Origin: Spirochaetota bacterium
GTDB taxonomy: Bacteria > Spirochaetota > UBA4802 > UBA5550
DNA length: 64,000 nucleotides
Direction of reading: 5' to 3'
Assembly (NCBI GenBank): GCA_963664815.2
Contig: CAXXHB010000003.1
Location: forward strand, 2,240,001 to 2,304,000
Shown here: positions 38,579 to 49,224 of the stretch, in pieces
Layout: each line of letters opens with the position of its first letter
How positions within the stretch are numbered: the first letter of the stretch is position 1
Notes under the pieces: model-generated
What the model was told of the DNA's origin: nothing
What the model saw: only the letters and a program-made list of their open reading frames with translations
The model's database searches: none
Position numbers and translations under genes: made by a program

Positions 38579-38771
38579 ATATATTACACTTTTACTGAAT
38601 CTCTTTTTCAGCTATTATTTATTTTGTATCAGGATTATCATTCTGACTTATAATTAAGTCAATTTATAATTTTTTTATTATAAATTATCCTATAAGTTCC
38701 GGTTAAAGTATAATCTGTCCAGATCCCAAAATTTTCTTGACTAAAACATTTATTCAGATGATTTAAAATTT

Positions 38772-39434
38772 ATGAACGTTAAAATTGAGCAGTCATGGAA
38801 AGGCCATCTGGATCAAGAGTTTGAAAAAGATTACTTTATAAAACTCACTGATTTTGTGCGTAATGAATACCGTACAGGCGCGGTATATCCTCCGGGTAAA
38901 TATATCTTCCGCGCGTTTGATCTCTGCCCTTTTGATATGGTAAAAGTTGTCATTGTTGGACAGGATCCCTACCACGATAAAGGCCAGGCAAACGGTTTAT
39001 GTTTCGCCGTTGATACATCTATCAGCAAGCCTCCGTCTCTTATTAATATTTTCCAGGAGATTGAATCCGATCTCGGGAGAAAACCTCATGCTGATTCCAC
39101 ACTTCTTCACTGGGTAAACCAGGGCGTTTTTCTTCTTAATGCAACTCTTACAGTTAAGGCACACCAGGCGGCAAGCCATACCGGCAGGGGGTGGGAATTA
39201 TTCACGGATGCGGCGCTGCACCATCTTGCCGAAGAGAAAGACCGTCTTGTATTCATTTTATGGGGTTCATACGCGCAGAAAAAAGGGAGTTTTATAAATC
39301 CGCAACGCCATCTTGTCATTAAAACCCCGCATCCTTCACCGCTGTCAGCTTACCGCGGCTTTTTCGGTTCAAAGCCTTTTTCCAAAGCCAACGCCTATCT
39401 GCAATCGTCCGGAAAAGAGCCGATTGACTGGTAA
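38772..39434 (+). CDS. ung: Uracil-DNA glycosylase (family 1)
   Basis: GQDPYH, GLCF, LLNATLTV, HPSPLS. Confidence 0.97.
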   Translation: MNVKIEQSWKGHLDQEFEKDYFIKLTDFVRNEYRTGAVYPPGKYIFRAFDLCPFDMVKVVIVGQDPYHDKGQANGLCFAVDTSISKPPSLINIFQEIESDLGRKPHADSTLLHWVNQGVFLLNATLTVKAHQAASHTGRGWELFTDAALHHLAEEKDRLVFILWGSYAQKKGSFINPQRHLVIKTPHPSPLSAYRGFFGSKPFSKANAYLQSSGKEPIDW

Positions 39435-39708
39435 CAATTATTAATCCTGAATAATTAAACCTGTTCCTTCCTGAATAGAGTTCTCAACAACTAAAAAAAA
39501 TCCTGTGCCTTAAATTCATCTTGATTTTTTAAATCCGGTATTTTTTTATGATGATTCATTGATATTCAGAATTAAGCTTAGTACGATAAACTGACTTAAT
39601 ATAATAATTATTATAATAATGTCCTGTTTAGATAAATAATGAACTCTTAAATTAAATATATAATAATACAATAAATTAATCCCCGGAGTAATAACAAGTG
39701 ATTAGCTT

Positions 39709-41673
39709 ATGAAAAAAATAAAAAAATTACTGATAGCAAACAGAGGCGAAATTGCCTGCAGGATTATAAAAACATGTCAGAAAATCGGTATATCAACTGT
39801 TGCTGTATATTCCGATATCGACCGCGGCAGTTTATTTATGAAAATGGCCGATGAGGCAATCAATATCGGCCAACATGGACTTGAAACTTATCTTGACCAG
39901 GAAAGAATTATAGCAGCCGCAAAAAAGGTCAACGCATGCGCAATTCATCCCGGTTACGGTTTTCTGTCTGAAAATGCTTCCTTCATGTCGCGTTGTAAAG
40001 CTGAAGATATTATATTCATAGGTCCATCTTCTGAAGCCATAACAGCTATGGGATCTAAAATAACGGCACGCGAATTATGCGAAAAAATCGGCACGCCCGT
40101 TATACCAGGATTTGCAGTAAAAAATGAAACCGTTGAAGAGCTTGCATTAAAAGCTGAAAATATCGGATTTCCGGTTCTTATTAAAGCCTCTGCAGGCGGC
40201 GGCGGTATCGGAATTTTTATGGTAAATGATAAAAGCGCTTTCGCTGAAACACTTGAATCTGCCAGAAAGAAATCGATGGCTATTTACGGCGATGACAGCC
40301 TTCTTGTTGAGAAGTGCCTTAAATCTGTAAGACATGTGGAATTCCAGATACTTGGAGACACTCACGGCAACATTATACACTGTTTTGAAAGGGAATGTTC
40401 GGTTCAGCGCAGACACCAGAAAATGGTTGAGGAATCACCATCCCCTGTGATGAATGACGCACTCAGAAAGACAATGGGTGAAGCGGCAGTTTCTGTTGCA
40501 AGGGCCGTTAATTATACCAATGCCGGTACAGTAGAATTTGTTCTCGATGATAATGGTCAGTTCTATTTTCTTGAAATGAATACAAGACTCCAGGTTGAAC
40601 ATCCCGTTACAGAAGCTGTTACAGGACTCGATCTTGTCGGGATGCAGATAAAAATAGCTGAAGGCGAACCTCTCGGTGTAAAGCAGAAGGATCTTGCAAT
40701 CAATGGACATGCCATTGAATGCCGTATTTATGCAGAAGACCCCGAGAATAATTTTATCCCCTCATCCGGCAGGATACATCTCTGGAAGGAACCCTCCGGG
40801 ATCAGAATTGACTCCGGCATTGAATCTTCTTCAGAAATTTCCATAAACTTTGACCCGATGCTTGCCAAATTCATTTCTCATGCAGACAACAGGTCTGATG
40901 CAATCCGTATAATGAATTATGCTCTCAAAAATTCAGTCGCACTTGGAATTGCCACAAATATTGATTTCATATCTGATTTTTTAATGAATGAAATATATTA
41001 CAGCGGTGCGGTAAAAACTGATTACTTCGACAGCAGTTTCTCCACTATACCCGCAAGAGACTACTCTCCGGAAGAAATAAATTCACTGCTGGCAGCATCT
41101 GTAATTATCAGGATCGGTGATCATGATACTACAGATTGCGAATCCTCCTGGAAAGGAAAATATCACAGTTCCAGGCATTTATCTTTACGTATTCATGGAA
41201 AAGATTATACAGTCGGGCTGGTTAAAAAAAATAAAAACAGCTTCCAGGCTGAAATAGAAAAAAACATTCTCGATATTTCAATTACTGAAAAATCGGACAG
41301 ATATATTATATTATCAGTTAACGGATGGCAGAGCAAATTCAGTTATCATGCGTCTGAAGATAAAATATTTCTGCATTCAGCAAATACCGGTCATCAGACT
41401 ATAACAGAACTTTCCCGTTTTGATTCAATGGATTTTCAGCTTAACAGAAAAGAGGCATGCGAAGCTCCGATGGATGGAGTCGTCTCTTCAATCAAAGTGC
41501 GGGAAGGCGACAGCGTTGAAAAAGGACAGGTTGTTATTGCCATAGAATCTATGAAAATGGAATCGCTGGTATATTCAGACAAAACCGGTACAGTTAAAGA
41601 AATCTTCATCAGACAGGGAGATTACGTTAAAAAAGGATCAATACTTCTTGATATAACCATGGAGAACAATTAA
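39709..41673 (+). CDS. Acyl-CoA carboxylase alpha subunit (biotin carboxylase + BCCP)
   Basis: ANRGEIA, HPGYGFLSEN, EMNTRLQVEHPVTE, ESMKME biotinylation site. Confidence 0.92.
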   Translation: MKKIKKLLIANRGEIACRIIKTCQKIGISTVAVYSDIDRGSLFMKMADEAINIGQHGLETYLDQERIIAAAKKVNACAIHPGYGFLSENASFMSRCKAEDIIFIGPSSEAITAMGSKITARELCEKIGTPVIPGFAVKNETVEELALKAENIGFPVLIKASAGGGGIGIFMVNDKSAFAETLESARKKSMAIYGDDSLLVEKCLKSVRHVEFQILGDTHGNIIHCFERECSVQRRHQKMVEESPSPVMNDALRKTMGEAAVSVARAVNYTNAGTVEFVLDDNGQFYFLEMNTRLQVEHPVTEAVTGLDLVGMQIKIAEGEPLGVKQKDLAINGHAIECRIYAEDPENNFIPSSGRIHLWKEPSGIRIDSGIESSSEISINFDPMLAKFISHADNRSDAIRIMNYALKNSVALGIATNIDFISDFLMNEIYYSGAVKTDYFDSSFSTIPARDYSPEEINSLLAASVIIRIGDHDTTDCESSWKGKYHSSRHLSLRIHGKDYTVGLVKKNKNSFQAEIEKNILDISITEKSDRYIILSVNGWQSKFSYHASEDKIFLHSANTGHQTITELSRFDSMDFQLNRKEACEAPMDGVVSSIKVREGDSVEKGQVVIAIESMKMESLVYSDKTGTVKEIFIRQGDYVKKGSILLDITMENN

Positions 41674-43223
41674 TGAATCACTCCGAGGAATTATTTAAAC
41701 TGAACGTACTCAATTCAAAGATTAATAAAAATCTTGAAATGGGAGGCGAAAAAAAAGTTTCAATACAGCACAGAAAAGGAAAATTTACTGTCAGGGAAAG
41801 AATAGATATTCTTCTTGATCGTGACACTTTCGACGAATTCGGCATTCTCTGCCATAGCGATCTTCCCGAAGCTGTTACCAAATCTCCGGCAGATGGTAAA
41901 GTATGCGGATTCGGAAAAATAGACAGAAGATACGTATATGTTTCCGGAGATGATGTTACTGTCATGTCTGGTGCCGGAGGAAGGATCGGCGTAATTAAAG
42001 CGCAGAAGAACCTCCAGTATGCGACAAGAAAAGGTTATCCCTGCATACACCTTGGCGATGGCGGCGGAGCCCGTATCCCTGATACAATGGGTTCATACGG
42101 AATAATGAAAGCACTCGATCTTGTTGAGCCTCACACGCGCGAAGTCCCCTTCATCGTTGCCATAATGGGGGAATGCTACGGCGGCCCCTCCTGGGAGGCG
42201 GCAATATCAGATGTAGTTGTTCAGGTTAAGGGTTCAGTCATGGCTGTCTCCTCACCCAGAATAATTGAAGTTGCCACCGGCGAGAAGTTAACCTCTGAAG
42301 AAATAGGTGGATGGGAACTTCACGCAAATATTACCGGGCAGGTCGATCTCTTTGCTGAAAATGATGAAGAATGTCTCTGGATGATAAGAAAACTTCTTTC
42401 TTACCTTCCGTCCAATGCCCATGAGTTCCCGCCGGATGCGCCATGTAATGATCCCGGGGATGTAAAAATAGAATCTATCTTCGAAGCGGTGCCATCAGAT
42501 CCTAAACAGCTGTATGATATGCATAATGTCCTCAACCTTATATTTGACAGTGAAAGTATAATGGAGCTCAAGCCCTACTATGATGGAAGTCTTATTACCT
42601 GCTTTGCCCGTCTCAATGGACATTCCGTCGGTGTACTTGCCAATAACCCGATATTCAACGCAGGCGCAATGGGCCCCGATGCATGTGATAAAGCAATCGC
42701 ATTTATCTGTCTCTGCGATTCATTCAACGTTCCCATGATATTTGTTCACGATACGCCGGGTTTCCTTGTAAGCCGTGCAGCAGAAGAGAAAAAGATGCCT
42801 TTTAAAATAATGTCAATGATTAAGGCACTTCAGCTTCGTACAGTTCCATGCTTCAGCCTTATTATACGAAAATCATACGGGATGGCTCACCATAATATGG
42901 CTGGAGGAAAACTCGCCGACTCAATTATAGCCTGGCCTACAGCTGACATCTCATTCATGGCTCCTGATGTAGCAATTAATGCAACCTTTGACCAGAGCAT
43001 GTCAGGAAATCCGGAGATGGAAAAGATGAAACAGGCATTTATGCAGGAGATGATCCGCAAAGCTGAACCATGGGAGGCTGCAGGCTTAAACCTTATAGAT
43101 AAAATAATAGACCCCCGTGATACCAGGACAGAGCTTATTAAAGCGCTGGAGCTTTCACGCGGTAATCATGGAGAGCGCGGAAAAAGCAGGCGGCTCCTGG
43201 CTTCATGGCCACGCATGATATAA
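41673..43223 (+). CDS. Acyl-CoA carboxylase beta (carboxyltransferase) subunit
   Basis: RERI..LLD, GGGARI, DTPGF, RKSYG, IIDP. Confidence 0.9.
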   Translation: MNHSEELFKLNVLNSKINKNLEMGGEKKVSIQHRKGKFTVRERIDILLDRDTFDEFGILCHSDLPEAVTKSPADGKVCGFGKIDRRYVYVSGDDVTVMSGAGGRIGVIKAQKNLQYATRKGYPCIHLGDGGGARIPDTMGSYGIMKALDLVEPHTREVPFIVAIMGECYGGPSWEAAISDVVVQVKGSVMAVSSPRIIEVATGEKLTSEEIGGWELHANITGQVDLFAENDEECLWMIRKLLSYLPSNAHEFPPDAPCNDPGDVKIESIFEAVPSDPKQLYDMHNVLNLIFDSESIMELKPYYDGSLITCFARLNGHSVGVLANNPIFNAGAMGPDACDKAIAFICLCDSFNVPMIFVHDTPGFLVSRAAEEKKMPFKIMSMIKALQLRTVPCFSLIIRKSYGMAHHNMAGGKLADSIIAWPTADISFMAPDVAINATFDQSMSGNPEMEKMKQAFMQEMIRKAEPWEAAGLNLIDKIIDPRDTRTELIKALELSRGNHGERGKSRRLLASWPRMI

Positions 43224-43236
43224 TAATCTTTAACGG

Positions 43237-43283
43237 TTTCTTTATAATAATTTTAAAAATAATTTAAAATTATTATAAAGAAA
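43237..43283. repeat. Perfect 21-bp-arm AT-rich inverted repeat
   Basis: TTTCTTTATAATAATTTTAAA-aataa-TTTAAAATTATTATAAAGAAA. Confidence 0.8.
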
Positions 43284-43791
43284 TATCTGCCATAATCACA
43301 GCATGAGTTAATGACTGTGAATTGCGGTATATTACAGTATATATGATATCACTTCTTTTTATTATTCTCTTACCTTATCTTCTTCATATCTTTTATCCTG
43401 CGATATAAACAAGTTGAACATAAATTTATCCATATTTTATATTTTGTTACTTCTTTTTTTAATAACACCATTTTACCAGGTATATAATAACCTGAAAAAA
43501 TACCACTCCGGAATTGAATAAGTATTTAAATGATTTGTTTAAAAAATCCATTTATGCTTGACAGTTTTTCTGTCTGAACCAGAATAACCTGGTAGCAATA
43601 GATATTTATAATAAATTAAAATTAACTCATACTTATAAAAAAATTTATTTGCCGATTTGAATAACTTTTTTTATTTCCGATTGATAGTTGCAGCACCCCT
43701 GAATAAATCCGGGGATGATACGGAATTGAGTTCCCGGTGATTAATCCCGTATCAGACAGATCGGAAAATATGTTGAGCTGGAGGGAAGATA

Positions 43792-44949
43792 ATGAAGGAT
43801 ATTCTGGTTGAATTTAAAGATTGCTGTGATCATCCATATAAACGTGTTGCTGAATTAAAATCAGCCCGCAACACCAAAATCATAGGGATTCTTCCGATGT
43901 ACTTCCCGGAAGAGATTGTTCATGCTGCCGGTGCAATTCCGATTACCCTTTTCGGGAGTGACGAGCCAATTACACTTGGCGACAGCCATATGATGACAAA
44001 TGCCTGTGACCAGGTACGCAGTTCTTTTGACAGTCTTCTGAAGGGAAAATACGATTTCGTTGACGGTATTGCCGCTATCTCAGTTTGTGACCAGGTTAGA
44101 TTTTTTATGGAGATATGGCAGCTTGATCATCAGGTCCCTTACTTCCACCAGATGTGGCGCCCTCATAAACTTGACAGCACAAACAGAATTTATCTCGTCA
44201 CTGAGCTTAAAAGGCTTATCTCAAGCCTTGAAGCTTTTACCGGTAAAAAAATTACAAATGATGCTCTCCATGAAAGCATTCGTGTTTACAACGAATCGCG
44301 TTCAATGATGAGAAAACTTAATAAATTACGCAAAGAACATCCCGGTGTAATAAGCGCCTCAGACTTTGTCAGGGTCATTGCTTCCAGCATGCTTATGCAA
44401 AGAGAGGATCACAATGCTCTTCTTAAGCAGCTTCTTCAGCAAATTGAAAAAGCCACAGAGCCGGCGGGTAAAAAACAAAAAGTTGTTATTTTAGGCCATC
44501 CCTGTGCCATTCCCGAGACAAAACTGCTTGATTTAATTGAAGACAATGGCCTGACCATTGTTGATGACGATTTTTTCACCGGAGCCCGCTATTTCGCAAA
44601 AGATATCTCCACTGACGGAGATCCAGTTGAGGCTTTCGCAGATTTTTATATGGACTCTATCCCATGTACAACCATTCACTATGCGGATAACTGGACCGGA
44701 GGGGACAAGAGTTGCTCTCCATATGCTGATTACGGTATCAATCTGGCAAAAGATGTACAGGCAGGGGGGATTATCGTATTAAGAGAGATGTACTGTGATC
44801 CTTACGATCTTGAGTTTATAATGATGAAGGAAAGATTCGAAAAAGAGAGCATTCCGTATCTCACTATCTTTACGGAACATGGCCCTGGACCGCTTGAAGC
44901 TGTCCGTACAAGAATACAGGCATTTGAAGAAACCCTGCGGTTTTCCTGA
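43792..44949 (+). CDS. 2-hydroxyacyl-CoA dehydratase / benzoyl-CoA reductase subunit (HgdB/BcrC-like)
   Basis: PEEIVHAAG, NACD, VCDQ, YCDP, RTRIQAFEE. Confidence 0.85.
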   Translation: MKDILVEFKDCCDHPYKRVAELKSARNTKIIGILPMYFPEEIVHAAGAIPITLFGSDEPITLGDSHMMTNACDQVRSSFDSLLKGKYDFVDGIAAISVCDQVRFFMEIWQLDHQVPYFHQMWRPHKLDSTNRIYLVTELKRLISSLEAFTGKKITNDALHESIRVYNESRSMMRKLNKLRKEHPGVISASDFVRVIASSMLMQREDHNALLKQLLQQIEKATEPAGKKQKVVILGHPCAIPETKLLDLIEDNGLTIVDDDFFTGARYFAKDISTDGDPVEAFADFYMDSIPCTTIHYADNWTGGDKSCSPYADYGINLAKDVQAGGIIVLREMYCDPYDLEFIMMKERFEKESIPYLTIFTEHGPGPLEAVRTRIQAFEETLRFS

Positions 44950-44963
44950 CAGGCAAATAAGGC

Positions 44964-45746
44964 ATGATTACTGCTGGTATTGATATTGGATCGACAACGA
45001 CGAAAGCTGTCATTCTCGGTGAAAGCGAAAATATAATTTCATATGCTGTTCAGCCGACCGGCTTTGACATAACTGATGTCAGCCACAGGGTAATAGAAGA
45101 TGCTTTAGTCAAAGCTGGTCTTAAAATTGACGATGTTAACGGCATTGTTGCAACTGGTTATGGCAGAATAAGCATCCCATTTGCCTCTACCACAATCACA
45201 GAAATTACATGCAATGCGGCCGGAGTTCATTATCTCTATCCCGATGCTACTCTGGTCATCGACATTGGGGGTCAGGACAGCAAAGTCATTAAAATTGATG
45301 GCAAGGGTCGTGTCGTTCAGTTTGCCATGAATGATAAATGTGCAGCCGGTACCGGGAAGTTTCTCGAAGTTGCCGCGCAGACTCTGGGGATGCCTGTGAG
45401 TGAAATAGGCAACACCTCTCTTCAGTCAAAAAACAGAGTAACTATCAGCAGCACCTGTACAGTTTTCGCACAGACAGAAATTGTTTCATTAATTGCACGT
45501 AAAACATCTAAAGAAGATATAGCCGCCGGACTGCACGAATCAATTGTAAGCAGGGTATACGGATTAATAAGCACTGTAAATCCTGAACCAGGTGCATGTA
45601 CGGTGATGACCGGAGGAGTTGCTAAAAACGTGGCCATTGTATCACTGCTGCAGCGGATGATGGGAAGGATTAACCTTGTCCCGGATAATCCGCAGATTGT
45701 AACCGCATTAGGTGCAGCTCTTTTAGCGAGGCGGCTGAATGATTAA
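44964..45746 (+). CDS. ATP-dependent activase (HgdC/BcrAD/BadFG ASKHA family)
   Basis: GIDIGSTTTK, TGYGR, DIGGQDSK, MNDKCAAGTG, CTVFA, GGVAKN. Confidence 0.93.
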   Translation: MITAGIDIGSTTTKAVILGESENIISYAVQPTGFDITDVSHRVIEDALVKAGLKIDDVNGIVATGYGRISIPFASTTITEITCNAAGVHYLYPDATLVIDIGGQDSKVIKIDGKGRVVQFAMNDKCAAGTGKFLEVAAQTLGMPVSEIGNTSLQSKNRVTISSTCTVFAQTEIVSLIARKTSKEDIAAGLHESIVSRVYGLISTVNPEPGACTVMTGGVAKNVAIVSLLQRMMGRINLVPDNPQIVTALGAALLARRLND

Positions 45747-45851
45747 CCTGCTTTCGGATCAATGATGATCTGTTATTATTACTTTTAAATGTATCCGGGA
45801 TCTTTAATTTTAAAAAAGATCCTGTAGAAGAAAAATATGGAGGGAGTTAAC

Positions 45852-47099
45852 ATGGCAGAAAAGGAATATAAAGTCGGTCAGAGAATGGATGGCCAGAAAA
45901 GGCTTGCAAAACTGATAATGTCTCACTACGGCGGAGCGCTTGAAATAGATAAAACCAGGTCACAGCCTATAGCCTGGGTATCAGCCGGCGCGCCGAATGA
46001 ACTTTTATGGGCTATGGACTTCTTCATACAGTTTCCCGAAGCCTATGCCGCTACATGCGGCGCAAGGCATTTCGGTCATACACACTGCGAGATTACCGAA
46101 GCTCATGGCTATGAGCATCATCTCTGTACTTATTGCAGAAACAGCCTTGGTTCTACTATTGCCCTTCAGGAAGGAAAAGAAACTTTCGAACCACTTGCAC
46201 GTCCTGATGTTCTTATTGTAGCAAACAGCAGCTGTATACTTATTACCAAGTGGTGGGAACACCTGAGCCACCTGTGGAATATCCCGCTTTTTAACATTGA
46301 CTGTCCTCTTGTAGTATCAGAAGATAATGAGAAAGAGATCATTGAGCATGTAAAACGCCAATGCCTTGAACTGATCACGTTTCTTGAGAAGTTTACAGGA
46401 AAGAAATTTGATTATGACAAGCTGCAGGAGATTACAATCAACGCTAAACGGAGTACCGATAACTACCGTTCGATGCTGAAAGCTAACATGAACAATCCGG
46501 TTCCGGCAACTTTTTTTGATATTATGGGTCACAATTTTCCCAACCTGGCATTACGCTACAAACCTGAAGCAGGTGAACATTATCGTCTGATGACAGAAGA
46601 GCTTAATCAGCGTATAACTGACGGTGTTATTCCCATGCCCATATCAGATATGAAATACCGTATCTACTGGGATGGTATTCCATACTGGTTTGCTATCAGA
46701 AGCCTTTCCGAAAAGCTTCAGAGCCTTGGCATGTGCCTGGTCACCAGCGGTTATTTTGATCTTTTTGCATTCGACAGACTTGATCCGGCACATCCCTTCG
46801 ACAGTGTTGCCGAAGGCGTTGCTACGATGATTCTGAATCATAATCCAAGTTACAAGGCAGCTATAACCGAACGTATATTCCGGGAATATAACCTTGATGG
46901 AGGAATTTTCGCATATGCCCAGAGTTGTAAGCCATTTTCAATTACCATGCGTTATATCTCCGATTATATCCAGAAAAAACTGGATGTTCCGATAACAATG
47001 ATAGAAGGTGACCTTATTGATCACACTTTCTATGATGAAGAAAGAAACAACATGAAATTACAGGCACTCGCTGAAACTCTTGCAGCAAGAAAGGGTTAG
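45852..47099 (+). CDS. 2-hydroxyacyl-CoA dehydratase / benzoyl-CoA reductase subunit (HgdA/BcrB-like)
   Basis: PNELLWAMD, FPE, LCTY, SC...KWWE, SCKPFS, IEGD. Confidence 0.85.
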   Translation: MAEKEYKVGQRMDGQKRLAKLIMSHYGGALEIDKTRSQPIAWVSAGAPNELLWAMDFFIQFPEAYAATCGARHFGHTHCEITEAHGYEHHLCTYCRNSLGSTIALQEGKETFEPLARPDVLIVANSSCILITKWWEHLSHLWNIPLFNIDCPLVVSEDNEKEIIEHVKRQCLELITFLEKFTGKKFDYDKLQEITINAKRSTDNYRSMLKANMNNPVPATFFDIMGHNFPNLALRYKPEAGEHYRLMTEELNQRITDGVIPMPISDMKYRIYWDGIPYWFAIRSLSEKLQSLGMCLVTSGYFDLFAFDRLDPAHPFDSVAEGVATMILNHNPSYKAAITERIFREYNLDGGIFAYAQSCKPFSITMRYISDYIQKKLDVPITMIEGDLIDHTFYDEERNNMKLQALAETLAARKG

Positions 47100-47128
47100 T
47101 ATCAACGAATCAGGACTCTCAGTCTGCA

Positions 47129-47170
47129 TAAAAAAACGATGATTCAGAATACCTGATCATCGTTTTTTTA
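47129..47170. terminator. Bidirectional intrinsic terminator
   Basis: AAAAAAACGATGAT...ATCATCGTTTTTTT between convergent genes. Confidence 0.8.
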
Positions 47171-47232
47171 TTTACCTTAAATAAATATCAACGTTAATTA
47201 TACAGTAATAAATCAATCTCTTTCAGAATATC

Positions 47233-48294
47233 TTATTTTAAGGTGATTGATTTATTTCCTCCATCTATCACTTTACCTATTATTGCGGCCTGTTCAATCC
47301 CGGCCTTTTTCATTTCAAACACCATCTCTTCAGCTTTTTTATCAGGAAGAGAAATTAAAAGACCACCCGATGTCTGAGGATCGAATAAAATATCAGCGAG
47401 TTCGCGACTGACATTTTCAGATATGATACATTTTTCCCCGGCATACGTTCTGTTTCTGTAAAGACCGCCGGGGATCAGTCCCATAGCCGCATTTTCAACT
47501 ACACCATCAAGAAGAGGAAGTTTTGTTGCGTCCAGCACAACAGAGCAGGCTGTCCCTTCAATCATTTCAAGAATATGACCTGCAAGTCCGAATCCAGTCA
47601 CATCAGTACATGCATTAACATTATACTTTAACATTATTTCTGCAGCACATCTGTTCAGAGTCCCCATGGATTTAATAAAACCTTTCAGAATTGCTTCAGC
47701 TGCCAGCCCTGCTTTTAATGCTGTTGCAATTATCCCCGTTCCAAGAGGTTTTGTAATAACCAGTGAATCTCCCGGTTTCAAACCATTATTCCTCAGCACT
47801 TTTTCCGGATGCACAACTCCTGTTACAGACAGGCCATATTTAAGTTCAGGATCATCAATGCTGTGCCCGCCAAGCAACTGCACACCAGCTTCTTTCATTA
47901 CTGAAAGCCCGCCATCAAGAATTTTACTCAGGATATCCAGTGAAAATTTCTGCAAGGGAAAAGCGACAATATTCATGGCAGTAACTGGCCTGCCACCCAT
48001 AGCATATACATCTGAAAGAGAATTACACGCAGCTATCCTGCCGAACTCAAACGGATCGTCGCATACGGGAGTTATAAAATCGAGTGTCTGTACCAGCGCA
48101 AGCTCACTGCTTACCCGGTAAACACCGGCATCGTCCTTATCTCCGCTCCCTACAATAACATTTATGTCAGAAGGAATTACAAGTCCTTTCATGACGCCGT
48201 ATAGATCCTCCGGACCTATCTTGGCCGCTCAACCGGCTCCGGTTACAGACTCAGTGAGTCTCAGCATATTGAGCTGCCTGCAGATTTCACTCAT
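47233..48294 (-). CDS. selD: Selenide, water dikinase, selenocysteine-containing (in-frame TGA at 48231-48229)
   Basis: MSEICRQLNMLRLTESVTGAG-U-AAKIGP then DDAGVY, QTLDF, NSLSDVYAMGG, DVTGFGL, DPQTSGGLL; SECIS-like hairpin after the TGA. Confidence 0.93.
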
Positions 48295-48296
48295 AC

Positions 48297-49202
48297 TTAC
48301 CCCTTTTTATAATTATTGAGAATAAATGATACAAGCCTTCCGGCAGGTTCATGAAGAGTTCTGACATTTGACACAACAAGAAAAAAATCTCTTCTTATAT
48401 CAAGGCCTTTTATATCCACAATTTTAAGTTTTCCGGATTTAATGTCATCTTCTATTGCAAGCTTTGAAATAAATGCAAGTCCCAGCCCATTAATAACCGC
48501 CTCTTTGATACCTTCCGATGATGAACATTCCATAACCACATTCAGTTCAGATGGAATAATATCCATCTGGTTGAGATACATCTCGGCGGCATTTTTTGTT
48601 CCTGACCCGCTTTCACGAAATATAAGAGGAACAGTTTTCAAATCTTCTGCTTTAATTGATCCACTATAATCATTCCCTGAAACAAGCACAACCTGATCTT
48701 CAAATATTTTTGTGTATGTAAGGGCAGGATGCCGTATTTCTCTTCCAACAATTGCGAGGTCGGCTTCACCCTGTTTTATTTTTTCAATAGCTTCCCTGCT
48801 GTTCCCTATATCGAGTTTAAAAAATATGCCATCCTGTTCATTTTTTTTGAAAGTTGAGAGTATTTCAGGAATAATGTAAGAACCAGGCATTGAACTTGAT
48901 ATTATATTTATAACTCCCCCGAATGTTCCCTCCTGCATCTCTGCTTTAAGGCCATCAATATCTCTCATCAATCTGTTGCAGAATTTTACGAATACCTTCC
49001 CTTCTCCTGTTAAAGAAAAATCCTGGCTGTTACGATGTATCAGTTTTACTCCCAGCATTTTTTCAATCTGGCCTATCTGATGGCTGATGGAAGCCTGGCT
49101 TATTTTTAAATTTCTTGAAGCATTTGTGAAACTCTTTTCATTTACAACTTCAATGAAAGAACGTATCTGCTTGAGATCAAAATTAAAATCCTTTAATGCC
49201 AT
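48297..49202 (-). CDS. LysR family regulator (CysL-like / selenium-metabolism-associated)
   Basis: SFTNAS..L.ISQASIS HTH, RESGSGT; 2 bp upstream of selD. Confidence 0.88.
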   Translation of the reverse strand: MALKDFNFDLKQIRSFIEVVNEKSFTNASRNLKISQASISHQIGQIEKMLGVKLIHRNSQDFSLTGEGKVFVKFCNRLMRDIDGLKAEMQEGTFGGVINIISSSMPGSYIIPEILSTFKKNEQDGIFFKLDIGNSREAIEKIKQGEADLAIVGREIRHPALTYTKIFEDQVVLVSGNDYSGSIKAEDLKTVPLIFRESGSGTKNAAEMYLNQMDIIPSELNVVMECSSSEGIKEAVINGLGLAFISKLAIEDDIKSGKLKIVDIKGLDIRRDFFLVVSNVRTLHEPAGRLVSFILNNYKKG

Positions 49203-49224
49203 ATCTGCTCCGTAATATATTATT

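Noticed and set aside
47233-48294. selD as a truncated gene or pseudogene
   Set aside because: The TGA is at the catalytic Sec position with a downstream hairpin, so recoding is the better explanation.
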